DNA of 64,000 nucleotides from the human T2T-CHM13v2.0 reference genome, Homo sapiens. Made by a program: the position numbers and the translations under genes. The notes below the pieces were generated by a model, which was given only the letters and a program-made list of their open reading frames with translations, searched no databases and had not been told where the DNA came from. Location: the NCBI RefSeq assembly GCF_009914755.1, contig NC_060927.1; one strand, written 5' to 3'. The first letter of the stretch is position 1. Each line of letters starts with the position of its first letter. Shown here one piece after another: positions 51,830-64,000 of this stretch.

Positions 51830-53300
51830 CTGTTAATCAGCAAGTATTTACTGGGAAGGTACTAGATTTTTATACCTATGAAGTCATTAAAGAAGATAGG
51901 AAGATATTTAAGATGGCCCCTATAGCTTAAAATCCTGATTGGTAAAATCAGATTATACAGAAAACCCCCAAATGACAGTGTAAATAAATTCTGAGTTATT
52001 ATAGACATAATAGGACTTGAGTTGTGCTCATAAAAAAACACGGTCTGCATAAAGAATAAGGAAGAGGAGAGCATTCTAAACATTTAGAATAGCAAAATAT
52101 GCTCAGGGTACAAAGAGAACAATAAAAGAGAAGCTGTCTGGAGCTAGTGCAGGGAGAACAGGCAGAGGTGATGAAAAAGACCTGAGTTCCAGTTGCATAG
52201 ATGTTTTTTAATTCATATTTTAAAAACTGCATTGACTCAGAATAATTAAACTTTTTCATGATAATCCTATACTCCTTATTTGAAAGTATTTTTCCCACAT
52301 AACAAATTATGTCATATTACCCTTCAGCTCAAAAGCACCATTTGATTTCTTATTATATCTTTGTTTAAGCTACTTAAAATATGAAATTTTCCTTATTTAT
52401 TAGATAACCTAGCAGGCTTTCAGATAGAAATGTATCAAACTGAATTCGTCCATCATATTACCTCTTATCTATTTTCTCTTCTTGTCTTTGCTACATATAA
52501 TTCTGCATGTAATGCTTTATAGAATTACATTACCATTCCCCATGTAACCCAAACCAGAAATAATAAGCCTCTTAGTTTTGGCTCCTAACTTTGTTTATTC
52601 AAATTTCAGTTGCATTTCAAGTCTTCCTCAGTCTATTTGTTAAATATTTTCCAGGTTATCACATATGTTTTTGTTTGTATGTTTGTCTGTTTACCGAACT
52701 CTACTACCTTTTTTGGTGGGCCTTCATCAGTTATTACCAGAATCTATAAATCCTAGTAATAAAATTATTAAACTATTGAACTATTAAAACTATTCAATTA
52801 CTACTTTTAATTTTTACAATAAAACAAATCCTCATCCTAGTATACTCTTTCAGGATCCCTTCCCAGCCCTCCTGTTCAGCCTCCTCTCCTGCAGCTCTCT
52901 TTCTCTAACCATTCAGAATTAATCATATGTCCCATAATGAGTTCTTTATGGATCTATGAATTTGCCCATGCCATCTTTACATATTACAACTTAATCATTT
53001 TCCCATTTTCAACTAACAACCAACTCTGGTTCTTCAAGACCTCTCACATATTTACCTTCTCAAAGCCTTTTGTGAAAATGTCAACCTGAGGTGAGTTTCT
53101 CAACTTCGTTTGTTTATTAGATTATGGCATACTCATTAGCATGGCACCTTCAACCTTGTGTCATACTAAAATCATCAATTTACTTATTTGATTTACCCAC
53201 ATTCTGCAAGCTTGAGTTCAAAGACTCACCTTATCCTCTGCTTCTAGTAGAGCCATGAGGCCTACTTGTCACATATGCTCAATAATTGTTTCCTAAATAA
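51830..53300. mobile_element. Cluster of L2 relics in both orientations
   Basis: aatcagcaagtatttactgg (antisense 3' end); taccattccccatgtaacccaaaccagaaa and atatgctcaataattgtt (sense). Confidence 0.5.
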
Positions 53301-56300
53301 GAAAACCTTATTCAGTTTCTCTGAAGTTTTCATAAGAAAAAAGAGGATGGTATTCAATCAGGATGAAAAATAATATTTGATTAACAATCCATAACTCTAA
53401 AGTATTGAGCAAGTCATGTTATGAGGAATCAGAGTAAATATCTGATAATTAGAAGCTGCATATACTAATCCAATGAAAGGCCGATTAGAAAGAGCAATTA
53501 CTTATAACCAGAGGAGTTCAAGAAAGAGTGTACTAACTTCTTGGTTTTAGAAAGATAATTCGTGCTTCAGACAACACTTAGATTCTACTTTTGAACCTCA
53601 AGTGTTTAGATTTTGTATCCTAATCAAATTCGAGGAATACTTTTGAGTTTGATCATGTGTCAGGAACCATGTTATTCTATGAAATGCCCAACATACCTAT
53701 GAGTTTTTCTGATTCCAGATTCAACATTTTAGTTGCAGATTGGAAGGTCAGTGGAAGTGCAAGGGAAATAACTTTAAGGAACAGATCCTAAGGTAGTGAT
53801 TTCTAAATACTGAAATAAAAATAAAGAAACAATAATAACAGGGAAGAATAACAGAATTTTTATATTAGACTATAAAAACCATGGAGAGTTAGATTTTTTT
53901 AAATCACTTCAGACAGTTTTGTGTGCCCACTCTATGAAACAAAAGCTTGAAAGTGAGATTATGCTGTTGGAACAGGCAGGCAGCCATGCTTATTTTGTGG
54001 AAAATGCTCTGAAAACAAGAATCAATTAAACAAAACCTAATCATGCTCACCATGGAAAAAAAGAAGTTTTGCAATTTAAACAAATAACTACTTTGCATTT
54101 TTATCATTTGCATGATTAGTCCTACTTTGTCAGATTTGGCATGGGTCAGAAAGGTACAGAAAGTAGCCATCTTTTCCTTCATTCTAAAGGGTTAATTATC
54201 TTTAGAGTCCTTTTCTTTTTATTATATAAAAAATAAAATTATATATTAATAAAATATTATATAAAAGATTATCATTTTCCCTGAAAACTTCATAGCATGC
54301 CTCATCAGAAGACAATTGGAAAGCTACTTGCAGTAGGTATAATATTATAATTTGTATGTATAAACCTGAGTATTGTTGATTTCATACTCATCCAGCAAAT
54401 AGCTACTGTTCTGTAATGTAGTCAAAATGAGGTAATTGATAGTTTCTCAGTATTGACTGGAATTTTCTTGTGAGTCTAATATGCATAAATACTCTGAGAC
54501 AATCATTTAATTGATTTACACATTTCAGAATCAAATAGTTTTCCCTTGAATTATTTATAGGAAAAACAAAATTTAAACAAATAAAATTAAATATGACAAA
54601 GCAATAGTATACTGCATATACATAGGGTAGTTATTCCATTTTAATACTGACCTGCCTGTACCTCAAACTGATTTCTCCTTATACACGACACTAGTAATGA
54701 CAGCTTTATTTACTATCCCCACTAAAAGAGCCAATGGAATTTTTTCTAAGTGCCTATTGCACAAAGTTGTATGAACAAGTTAAAGAGATATGTTTATGAA
54801 ATAATGGCTATATGTTTACCTATTAATTAATCAAATAATAAAACAAAACTATATCTTGAGTGCACAAAGATTTCCCAGTCTAAACTAGTTACCAAGAGAG
54901 GCATACAGAAATGTTGAATAATTTCTCCAAAGTGGCAAATCGCTTAGCAAATAGAAAAAATAATAGCAATCTATTTTTTTGTTAAGAATATCCATATAAT
55001 TTTGTTAGTTTTCATTTTACCACATCTATACAATTTACAGTGCTCATAATAGATATATCAGTCTTTACAAAAAATAATGATTGACTTATTCCTTTACTAA
55101 AATTGACTTGCAAAACTAAGTGGTGACATAGGTCTTAGGTTTCACCAACTCATTCATTTTCCCGAACAATAACAAATGTACATTGAATGGCAAAAATGAA
55201 AGGAAATTATATGCCTGTCAATAAATAAAATTATGTAATTGTTTGTGGTTCTTTTAATCCCTTTATTGCTTTAATTGTGTTTTCTTCTACATACTGCCAA
55301 ATTTTTTAAAAAATTCAGTAATCTACAAATTGTTTCTCCAGTAACTAGTACAGTGGCCAAGTTTTCTTGGATTTTCCAGCTGACCTTTTAGTCACAGTAT
55401 CCTTCAAAATAAGTTTAAGTTTTGAGCTTACAATCACTTAACAGGCCTGAAAACTGCACAAGAAACTAAATTGCACCCACGTGCAACTAAATGCCTAAGA
55501 AGCCACTGGAACTTCACACCAAGAGTATAATTAGAAACTCAATTTGCACCTGCAAGTAGACATCTGCAGGCTCTATTAGACACAAACTTAATTTTGCCTG
55601 GACAATACATATCTGTCACAAAACAGCTGACATACAGTTTTATACTAGGAATAGGCACTTGGACTTTTAGAACTTCACTGAAGAACTCAGCCTTGGAATG
55701 TTTTCTTATGTCCAGACCTTGTCTGCTCTCAGGCAGCATTCTCCAAACATTTCTAAAATATAACAAATTAGCTCTATCCTTTCCTTTTTCATATCACTTG
55801 TTTATTCTGTTGGGCCACACAGAGTTGTAGCAGTCTTTGATTCTGTATTTCTGAGATTTGTTGCATCTAAGTATCTGTGTTCTACAGAATTATGCATGCT
55901 ATTCTTCAACACAAACCAACTAGTAATCACCAATGTTTGCTCAGCTAACACTGGGGTTTTCTAAACATAATACTTTTTATAGAAAATTTATGTATTCTTG
56001 AGGAATCATTTTTATTTCAAGAAGAAGCTTAAAGGAAGAGAGTGTTAATGAATGTTCTAATTTCTTCATTAGATTTTATTATGCTGTCACTGAACTCATT
56101 GGTAGAACACATATTTCTTGTTTCTGGGATAACTCTTCTCTTCTTTTAAAGGTTTAAAAAGAAACATGATAACTCATATTTCAGGAAAAAACATCTAAAA
56201 AACGGTGAAGTAATTTATTTGTGCCTTTCAAAAAATGTGTTGTAAGACATAAAGATATCATAGGCAACAAACTGACGATGTAACATCTTTTCTGTCTGTG

Positions 56301-56769
56301 CAATCAAATCAACTAAGGTGCTTTGAAGAATTATCAAAACAGGAAAATAGACAAAGAAATCACTTCATATTAACTTCATATCTTTTATGTGAATCTAGAT
56401 GTGTCTCTCTGTTTGGCTTGCTATTTTCCACTGATTAGGATATTTTTGCCTCTCTGTAAAGAAAGATGTTAACTTGTAGAAAACTAGTAACAATGCAAAT
56501 AATCCTGGACCAAACTTATTTGGCAAAGGTGTAAATGAAATAGAGAACGAAATAACTCCAAAGTTTATAGTGTTATTGTTTTGTAGCACATACACCAGTT
56601 TTTACCTAAATTAGTAATCCTATTCAAATTTAGTTTTCAGTGACTGTAAATACTTTCATCTTTCTCTTTGAACCAGCCATTCTACCTTGCTGGATCTCTC
56701 TTAAATGAGCAAATTCAGTCTGACACAAAAATCTCAACTTATGCTTTTAAAAGTCATTTCTTAACACTT

Positions 56770-57770
56770 TCTAGTAGTTTTTGATTTACAAAAAAGTCAG
56801 GGAGATAGAACAGAAAATTCTGATATACCTCTCACCCACTTCCCCTTGTTAAAATCTTACATTAGTATGGTACATTTGTCACAACTAATGAAGCAGTTCT
56901 GAAACATTAATATTAACTAGAATTCACACTTCATTCAGATTTGCTTATTTTTTCCTTAATGCTCTTTTCCCATTTCAAGATTTCATCCAGGATATATATT
57001 ACATTTAATTATCATATATTTTATGCACCTCTAAACTGTGACCATTTCCCTAACTCTTCTTGATTGTAATGAACTCGGCAGTTTTGAGGGATATTAGTCA
57101 GATATTTTGTAGAATATCCCACAACTGTTATGTTTATTTCTCTCATAATTACACTGGGGTTATGGGTTTTTGCCGGAAAGACTACTGAGGTAAAGTGAAA
57201 TTCTCATCACATCATATCAAAGGGAAATTCTATCAACCTACCTTACTATTATTGATGTAAACCTTAATCACTTGGCTGAGGGAGTCTGTCAGTTTTCTCC
57301 CCTGTATAGTTACTCCCATACCCCGTCATACTGTATTTTTGGGACAATGTGCACACCACATGTAAATAGTAGGAAGTTATTCTCCACCTTTTTCATGGAA
57401 AGTATCTATTAAAATTATTTGGAATTCTTTTGCACAGGAATTTGTTAGCTCTCTCCCATTGTTTATTAATTCAATCACTTATTTATATTCCTATGGAGTT
57501 ATGAATATTTATTTAATACCTTGAGGTAAAATCTAATATTACTTTATTTATTTTTCTGCTCAAATTCTTCTAACTTAGCCATTGGGAGACTTTTCAGTTT
57601 GCTCCCTTTGACATACTGTGTGTGCATGTGTGTGTGTGTGTGTGCACTTTCTTATTCTCTGGTACAAGATGCTCCAGACTCATCTTACATATTACCCCTC
57701 TCCCAGTCCCCAAATCAATCATTTTCCTTTAATGGAGAATAAGATTAGAAACTAAATCTGTGCACTAGTT
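56770..57770 (-). mobile_element. L1MC/L1MD 3' region containing a (TG)n at ~57617-57645
   Basis: atcttacattagtatggtacatttgtcacaactaatgaa...catccaggata...ctgaggtaaagtg...gatgctccagactcatctt. Confidence 0.85.
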
Positions 57771-60749
57771 GAAGAGCCTTTTTTTGCTTTTACTCTTACA
57801 AATTATACTTTGACACAATTAAATAGATTTTATCGAGGCCACAGATTATTTACAGCAATCTGTTTTCCAAGCTTATTCTTTGTGGTTAACTAAAACGTAT
57901 GTTATCATTTTTGACAGAAGAGCAGACTGCCTTCAAGGAACCATCAGAATAGAATGTGAGCAATGCTTGATGAATCCCTCATATTATCCATGGATTTTAT
58001 AATAAACTAAAATATAGCAATGGAATAAATCTAGCATAGATACAGGGAGATAGAGATACCTACTCCAAATTTCTTCCTTTCCCATTATTTCATTCTTATT
58101 TTACTTTGAAATACTGCAAAATTTAAAAGAAACATTGGCATCAGGTGAGAGATTTGAAGAAACAAAGTATTATATAACTCCATCTAAATACATTGAAGTC
58201 GTACATTTAATATAATATCTCGGTTGGTAAATCATCTGCTTCTTCAGATTTCAATTTGTAACCATTGTAAATCTCTACTTTAGAATATACTTTTGATTAA
58301 ACTTGTTTCAGTTTATCACCTGGAGAGGGCTTTGTAGAGTTAGCATCACAGTTGATATTTACTAATACTATTAATGCACTATCCTACAATTTGTCCATAA
58401 ATATGTGGAAAAGACATACTGCCTCTGCCATGACAGATGCAAATTGAAAATGCATTAGAATTTAATTACATCCCAGGATGAATATTCTATGAGAATGTGA
58501 GAGCAAGAATAAGCTTAGATGTCAGGGGTCAAATATCAATAATTTTACACATAAGATATACATTCAATTACAACCTCCATTCTACTCATTTATTTAATTT
58601 TTAAACCCAGCTCAGTTCCACTTTGAAAGTACAAAAGAGAAATTTATTTTCTCATTCACCATGGGATATAATGAATACTGTATATGTATTTTTTCTTCAT
58701 CATAATATTTATTTTCAGTTACCAGGACTATGCTATATATACTTTTTTTATACATTAAGTACAGAACTTGAAAATTTGAAGCAGTGTAATCCATAAGTAA
58801 ATTTCTGACTTTTAATTCACAAAATGGAAGCGGAAAACTTCAAGATCACTATAAATAATTTTTTACTTCCTTTTAGGGATATTCAATGCCATGCAGTCAG
58901 TAAAAGTATAATAAACTGTGCCATATTTACTAGTAGTGGTAGTAAATTGTTTAACAACTTCACTACTTCTGTTATAAAACTCACATGGCTTAGAGTCCAT
59001 AGAAACCCACTTTAAAAAGAAATATAGCTTTCAACCATCTGCTATTCCCTCTAAGTGCCCATAATGTACTCTTGGGACCCTTGTAGAGGCAGGAGGTTTA
59101 CTGAATCTATTCACTTCCCTCAGGGGAGAAACTTGATAATGAGCATGCATTTCTTTATCAGCTATCATATAGCTTGATTCTTTTATAATGTATGAAGTGA
59201 GATTGAGTGCCATCTTATGTATACCTCTTCACATTGTAGCTTTCCTGTTAGTGGCAGAGCCAGACTTATTTTCAGGAAAGCTACTGGTTGTAGCAGCTCA
59301 ATGTGACACCTGGAATTTGCTCTTTTAAAGTAAGATAGCTAATTGAGTCTAATGCCCCTAACAGGAAAAAGAGAACGGATGTCTGCTTTTCTAAATTTCA
59401 ACATTCCAAGTCTTTTTCAAGTACCTATTGACATTTCTAAAGTATACTTTCTTTTTCTCTTTTTAAAGAACATTAAGATTTTTGAAGCCTTGCAGTTTAG
59501 CGTAGGACAGAAAACACCCTACTTATAGCCACTCAGTCACGTATAAATTACTCTGGTCTAGAAAAAAGATCTCTTCTTACAAACACTTTCAAAATCTAGT
59601 GGCAATCTAGTCCTGCCCACAAGCTGAAAGTTGTTTCTCACATATATTAGGAGGTAAACATCCTTTTTAGGGCTTTGCCTCCTACTATCCTTCATGTTCT
59701 ACTTTTTTATTATTCCTAGATGCTCTTGCAGACTTCTGTAAATAAACCAAGCTTATGGTTATTAATATAGAAAGTTTTTCTGATTTGCTTCTTATACATC
59801 TCTATTGGTTTTTCTAGTACATTTTATTGAGCTTGCCAAGAACAATTTTTATATTCAAACATATTTCATCCAGTCATATTTAAGGTTACACTATATTTCT
59901 AGCACTCATACTGATATTTTATCCTCTCCCAATATAAAAATAAAAAAGGAAAGACTACCTAGAGGTTTTAAATTCCTAAAATTACATAGTCAAAATATTG
60001 GTGTTACTTTATTTAGACAGCAGAGAGCAGTATAAATCTAACCCTATGCAAATAAATGGTTTCATCTTAGCGTGCATTAATGCAACCAGGACAAAAATCC
60101 AGGGAATGCATAAAATCCACATTTTCTGTTTAATAACTCTCGCTGCATTCTTTCCTTTTTCCTTTTTTAACAGAGAGTAACTAATTGGGAGAATTAAACA
60201 ATACTATAAGAATGGGACCGTCATATTTCTCTTAGGAAACTACCAAGTGCATGGAATAGAATTCAATTCAGAGAACTAATCAACAGAATTTGTTTTCACA
60301 TTTAAAATATCTTAAAGAAAAACTTTTTTTCAATCCTATTCAGAGATACTTATTCCAACTTTCAGGCCAATGGAATTTCTCTCTAATAATCTGGAATGTG
60401 GCCAAACTAAATCAATCAGAGACCAATTATATTTAAGCTCTGGTGTTATTTCACTACTGGAGATTTTAGTATGAGGTTTTAGTTTACTTGAGCTTTTACG
60501 TCTATTCCTTAATGAGGAATAGCTTCTTGAAAGTCAACATACTGAAAGTCGTAATTAGATACTTCCACATGAGTTTTTCCCCATGTTTTTTTTTGAAGTA
60601 TGAAATGCTGCTTCTAAGGTTTAGAAGAGATAGAGCACTCAGAGTTCATTTAAAGTTTGAATTTTTAATAACTCAAAATACATATGATAAACAGATATTG
60701 TTACTTCATATAAATGAAATTTGTGTGTTTGATTTAGAAGTAGTATCTG

Positions 60750-61590
60750 AATTCAACAAGCAAAAAAAAAAATTAAAAAGTGAGCAAAAGACATGAACAG
60801 GCACTTTTGAAAGAAGGCATACAACAGCCAATAAATATATGAAAAAATGCTCAACATCACCAATCATCAGAAAAATGCAAATCAAAACCACAATGAGACA
60901 CCATCTCAAACCAGTTCAGAAAGGCTATTATTAAAAAGTCAAAAAACACAAGATACTGATGAAGTGGCAGAAAAACGGAATGCTTATACTCTGCTGGTGG
61001 GTAGCCACTGTGGAAAGCAGTTTGGAGACTTCCCAAAGAACTTAAAACATAACTGCCATTCAACTCAGCAAACCCATTATTTGGTTTATACCCAAAGGAA
61101 AATAAATTGTTCTACCAAAAAGACACATTAATTCATATATTCATAACGACATCATTCACAATAGCAAAGATGTGAAGTCAACCTAGATATCTATGAATGG
61201 GGGATTCAATAAAGAAAATGTAGTACATATACACCGTGGAATACTATGCAGCCGTAAAAAGAACAAAATTGTGTTCTTTGTATCAACATGGATGCAGCTG
61301 TTCCAAGCAATTCACAGGAATGGAAACCAAATAGCACATGTTCCCACTTATAAGTAGGAGCTAAGCATTGGGTACACATGGACATCAAAATAGTGACAAC
61401 AGACACCAGGGATTACTAGGGTGGGGAGAGAGGCAGGGGAGCAAGGCCTGAAAAACTAACTATTGGGTACTATGCTTACTACCTGGGTGACGGGATCATT
61501 TGTACTCCAAACCTGAGTGTCACACAATATACTCATGTAACAAACCTGTACCTGTACCCCTGAATCTAAAATAGAAGTAAAAATTATATA
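60750..61590 (+). mobile_element. L1PB (PB4-like) 3' end
   Basis: aaagacatgaacagg...aatgcaaatcaaaaccacaatgaga...gaaaaactaactattgggtactatgc...cctgaatctaaaata. Confidence 0.9.
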
Positions 61591-61758
61591 TATTATATAT
61601 AATATATATAATTGTGTGTGTGTATATATATATATAATTGTGTGTGTGTATATATATATAATTGTGTGCATGTATATATAAAATTGTGTGTGTGTACATA
61701 TATATTTAATATATGTAATATAAAATATATATAATATATATTATATATAACATATAAC
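61585..61758. repeat. TA/TG compound repeat with ~21-27-bp higher-order units, seeded at the L1 tail
   Basis: aattgtgtgtgtgtatatatatat-type unit occurs four times. Confidence 0.9.
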
Positions 61759-62234
61759 ATCTGAAGGTCCTCCATATGGGATATGAGTTGGAGTCTTAAT
61801 TATATTCTTCTTCGGTTTATTCTTTTGCTTTTTCTTCATTTTATCCTACTTCATTTTTTTATCTTATTCTGAATTTGCTATAGCAAGTATTTAAAAACTT
61901 CTACAAGATATTACATCTGTCAATTCCAGACTCCCAAATAGGCATAATTAAGAAAACTTATTAAAAAAAAAAGCATGTTTTAGCTCTATTTATAGAAATT
62001 AGTTTGGGCATAAATTACCTCATGTCTTTTTAGTACCTATACTATTGTCACCTGAGGTTATTTAGAAAGTAAAACTGGTGAAGGCAAACCTGAGCAAACA
62101 GGCTTCTGTAAGAAAGAGCTGGATTTGATAGACACAAGCAGGCAACCTCCCAGAATGTCACCACGTTCACTTATATTTCACATTCTTGATCTTTTGAAAG
62201 TTCAACTAATTCACTTTCTTCTCTTTGGCAACAA

Positions 62235-62452
62235 GGCATAGTAGCAAAAGCATAGGTTTTAAACACAGAAAGGATTTGTCCTTGGTCTATTGTCTACTAT
62301 TTTTAAACAATATGATATTTACTCTTCTCTGAGTCTTAATTTTCTCTCAATAAAATTAAGAAATGAATACTTTCTTCCCATGAATGCCATGAAAGTTAAA
62401 TGATACGATCTTAATGAGGTATACAGCTCACAGTAGATACTCAAAAATGTTG
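62235..62452 (+). mobile_element. MIR
   Basis: ctctgagtcttaattttctc...aataaaatt...aagttaaatgata...cacagtagatactcaaaaatgtt. Confidence 0.7.
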
Positions 62453-62748
62453 TTTCTTTTTTCCCTTTTCTTAAATGTATAAATTAATAATTGAAAAGTG
62501 AATAGCATTTTCCTCTCTGAAGGATATTTGGTATAAGATATATTGACCTAATATTGTGGCTTTTCCACAGCATTTTCTTTATGAAGTATACATTGAACGG
62601 AGAACTCATAACATATCTCAATATGATAAAATTATCCAAATTATTTTTATTTGTATGCCTCTAAATCATTTTTCTCAGCTGTTGAATTCAAACTATTAAG
62701 GGTGCTGTAATTCTGAGTTGACAAAACTTCTATCTCCAAATCCTGGAC

Positions 62749-63407
62749 TGTGATAGACTGTGATTTTGGGTACCTCAATGAACCACACTCTATTATTCAC
62801 ATCCCCCACCCCCAACATTGATTCTAGCCTTGACATATGATTAACTTTGATCAGTGGAATGTTAGTATGATGTAGGCAGACTCAATAAGCACTTGCACTT
62901 GAAGGCAGTTTCTCTTAGAATACTCCTTGAAACCCATGTTAAAATAATGCCTATGCAACTATTAAAGAGGTCTCCATGAAAAACAACCCAAGGCTTATAC
63001 CCTATGTAAATTCCCGAGTGGTGGCCAGCCCAAACATAGCTAGCCATGTGAGAAGATGATTCGGACCCTTCAGTTATTTCAGTAGCTCACCCAAGACCAC
63101 ATGAAGTGGAACCATCCAGTCAATCTATAGAATTATTAGGAATAATAATTTATAAATGGACCGGGCACGGTGGCTCATGCCTGTAATCCCAGCACTTTGG
63201 GAGGCCGAGGCGGGCAGATCACCTGAGGTCAGGAGTTCGAGACCAGCCTGACCAACATGGAGAAACCCCGTCTCTACTAAAAATGCAAAATTAGCCAGGT
63301 GTGGTGACACATGCCTGTAATCCCAGCTACTAGGGAGGCTGAGGCAGGAGAATTGCTTGAACTCGGGAGGGGGAGGTTGCAGTGAGCCGAGAGTGAAACT
63401 CCGTCTC

Positions 63408-63440
<33 letters not shown>

Positions 63441-63450
63441 TAACTGATAT
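62749..63450 (+). mobile_element. Old MLT1 (G/H-like) solo LTR interrupted by AluSp
   Basis: tgtgatagactg...actttgatcagtggaatgttag...agccatgtgag...ccagtcaatctatagaatt; terminal taactgata lies after the Alu. Confidence 0.65.
63158..63424 (+). mobile_element. AluSp with a short right-arm deletion, followed by (TA)n
   Basis: Diagnostic cctgaccaacatggagaaacccc; junction gagccgaga|gtgaaactccgtctc. Confidence 0.93.
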
Positions 63451-64000
63451 TTTCTGCACCAATAGAATATAAAAGACCATATAATGAGTCTTGAAACATA
63501 TATTTTTAAGGATAGTTATCAAGTCTACGTTTCAGATAAAATCAGGGAGAAACAAAAAGTAAAAAGAAGTTCTATCTGTGGTAAAAGAAAAAAGAGAGAG
63601 AACAAGAAATAGGATTAATATGTAACAAACAGAAAATAAATCAGTACATTTTGAGTAAAGCTTCACTTTTTTTTCTTAGTGATGAGGGAAATAAAAGATA
63701 GTACTATAAATGTGAATGCACACTTTAAAAGAATAAAGACCTATAAAACTCACTGCCTTTGATTTTTTTAAAATTTGAATATTCATTTACAACGTTAGGT
63801 CTTGAGAAAATAAACATAAATAAGATAAGGTATATATTCTCACGGAATTCACAGATTTAAAACTGTCCAAAATTCCAGTGCCACAGATAATCTGCTCCTA
63901 ATGTTTTTTACAAAATTAAAAATCCATTTTATTTCTAATTCCATCATCTAAAACAAAGCCTCAATGCAACTACAGACTTAGGCCAAACAATATTGATAAT

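Overview
AT-rich, CpG-poor non-coding DNA from a primate (probably human or great ape), judged from primate-specific Alu, L1PA, THE1 and LTR12 elements. It looks like a gene desert or a very large intron. I find no credible protein-coding gene, tRNA, rRNA or CRISPR array: every recognisable ORF in the track is a decayed transposon fragment (L1 ORF2, MaLR internal region, Alu), and the rest look like chance ORFs. The window contains a full-length MSTB-type MaLR provirus, several solo LTRs with intact target-site duplications (TSDs), L1s of many ages, five Alus, Tigger and hAT DNA-transposon derivatives, L2/MIR relics and microsatellites. I cannot support a new biological system here. The most notable structures are: (1) the MST provirus is flanked by a ~224-bp duplication containing an L1 inversion junction instead of a 5-bp TSD; (2) a diverged 1.3-kb segment is duplicated 23.9 kb apart, with a conserved 97-nt core bounded by splice-site-like motifs; (3) a 234-bp tandem duplication lies beside a well-formed non-coding exon candidate; (4) there is an isolated ~98-nt hairpin. 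Repeat subfamilies were assigned by eye from remembered consensus sequences and need RepeatMasker/Dfam confirmation. Boundaries of old repeats are approximate.
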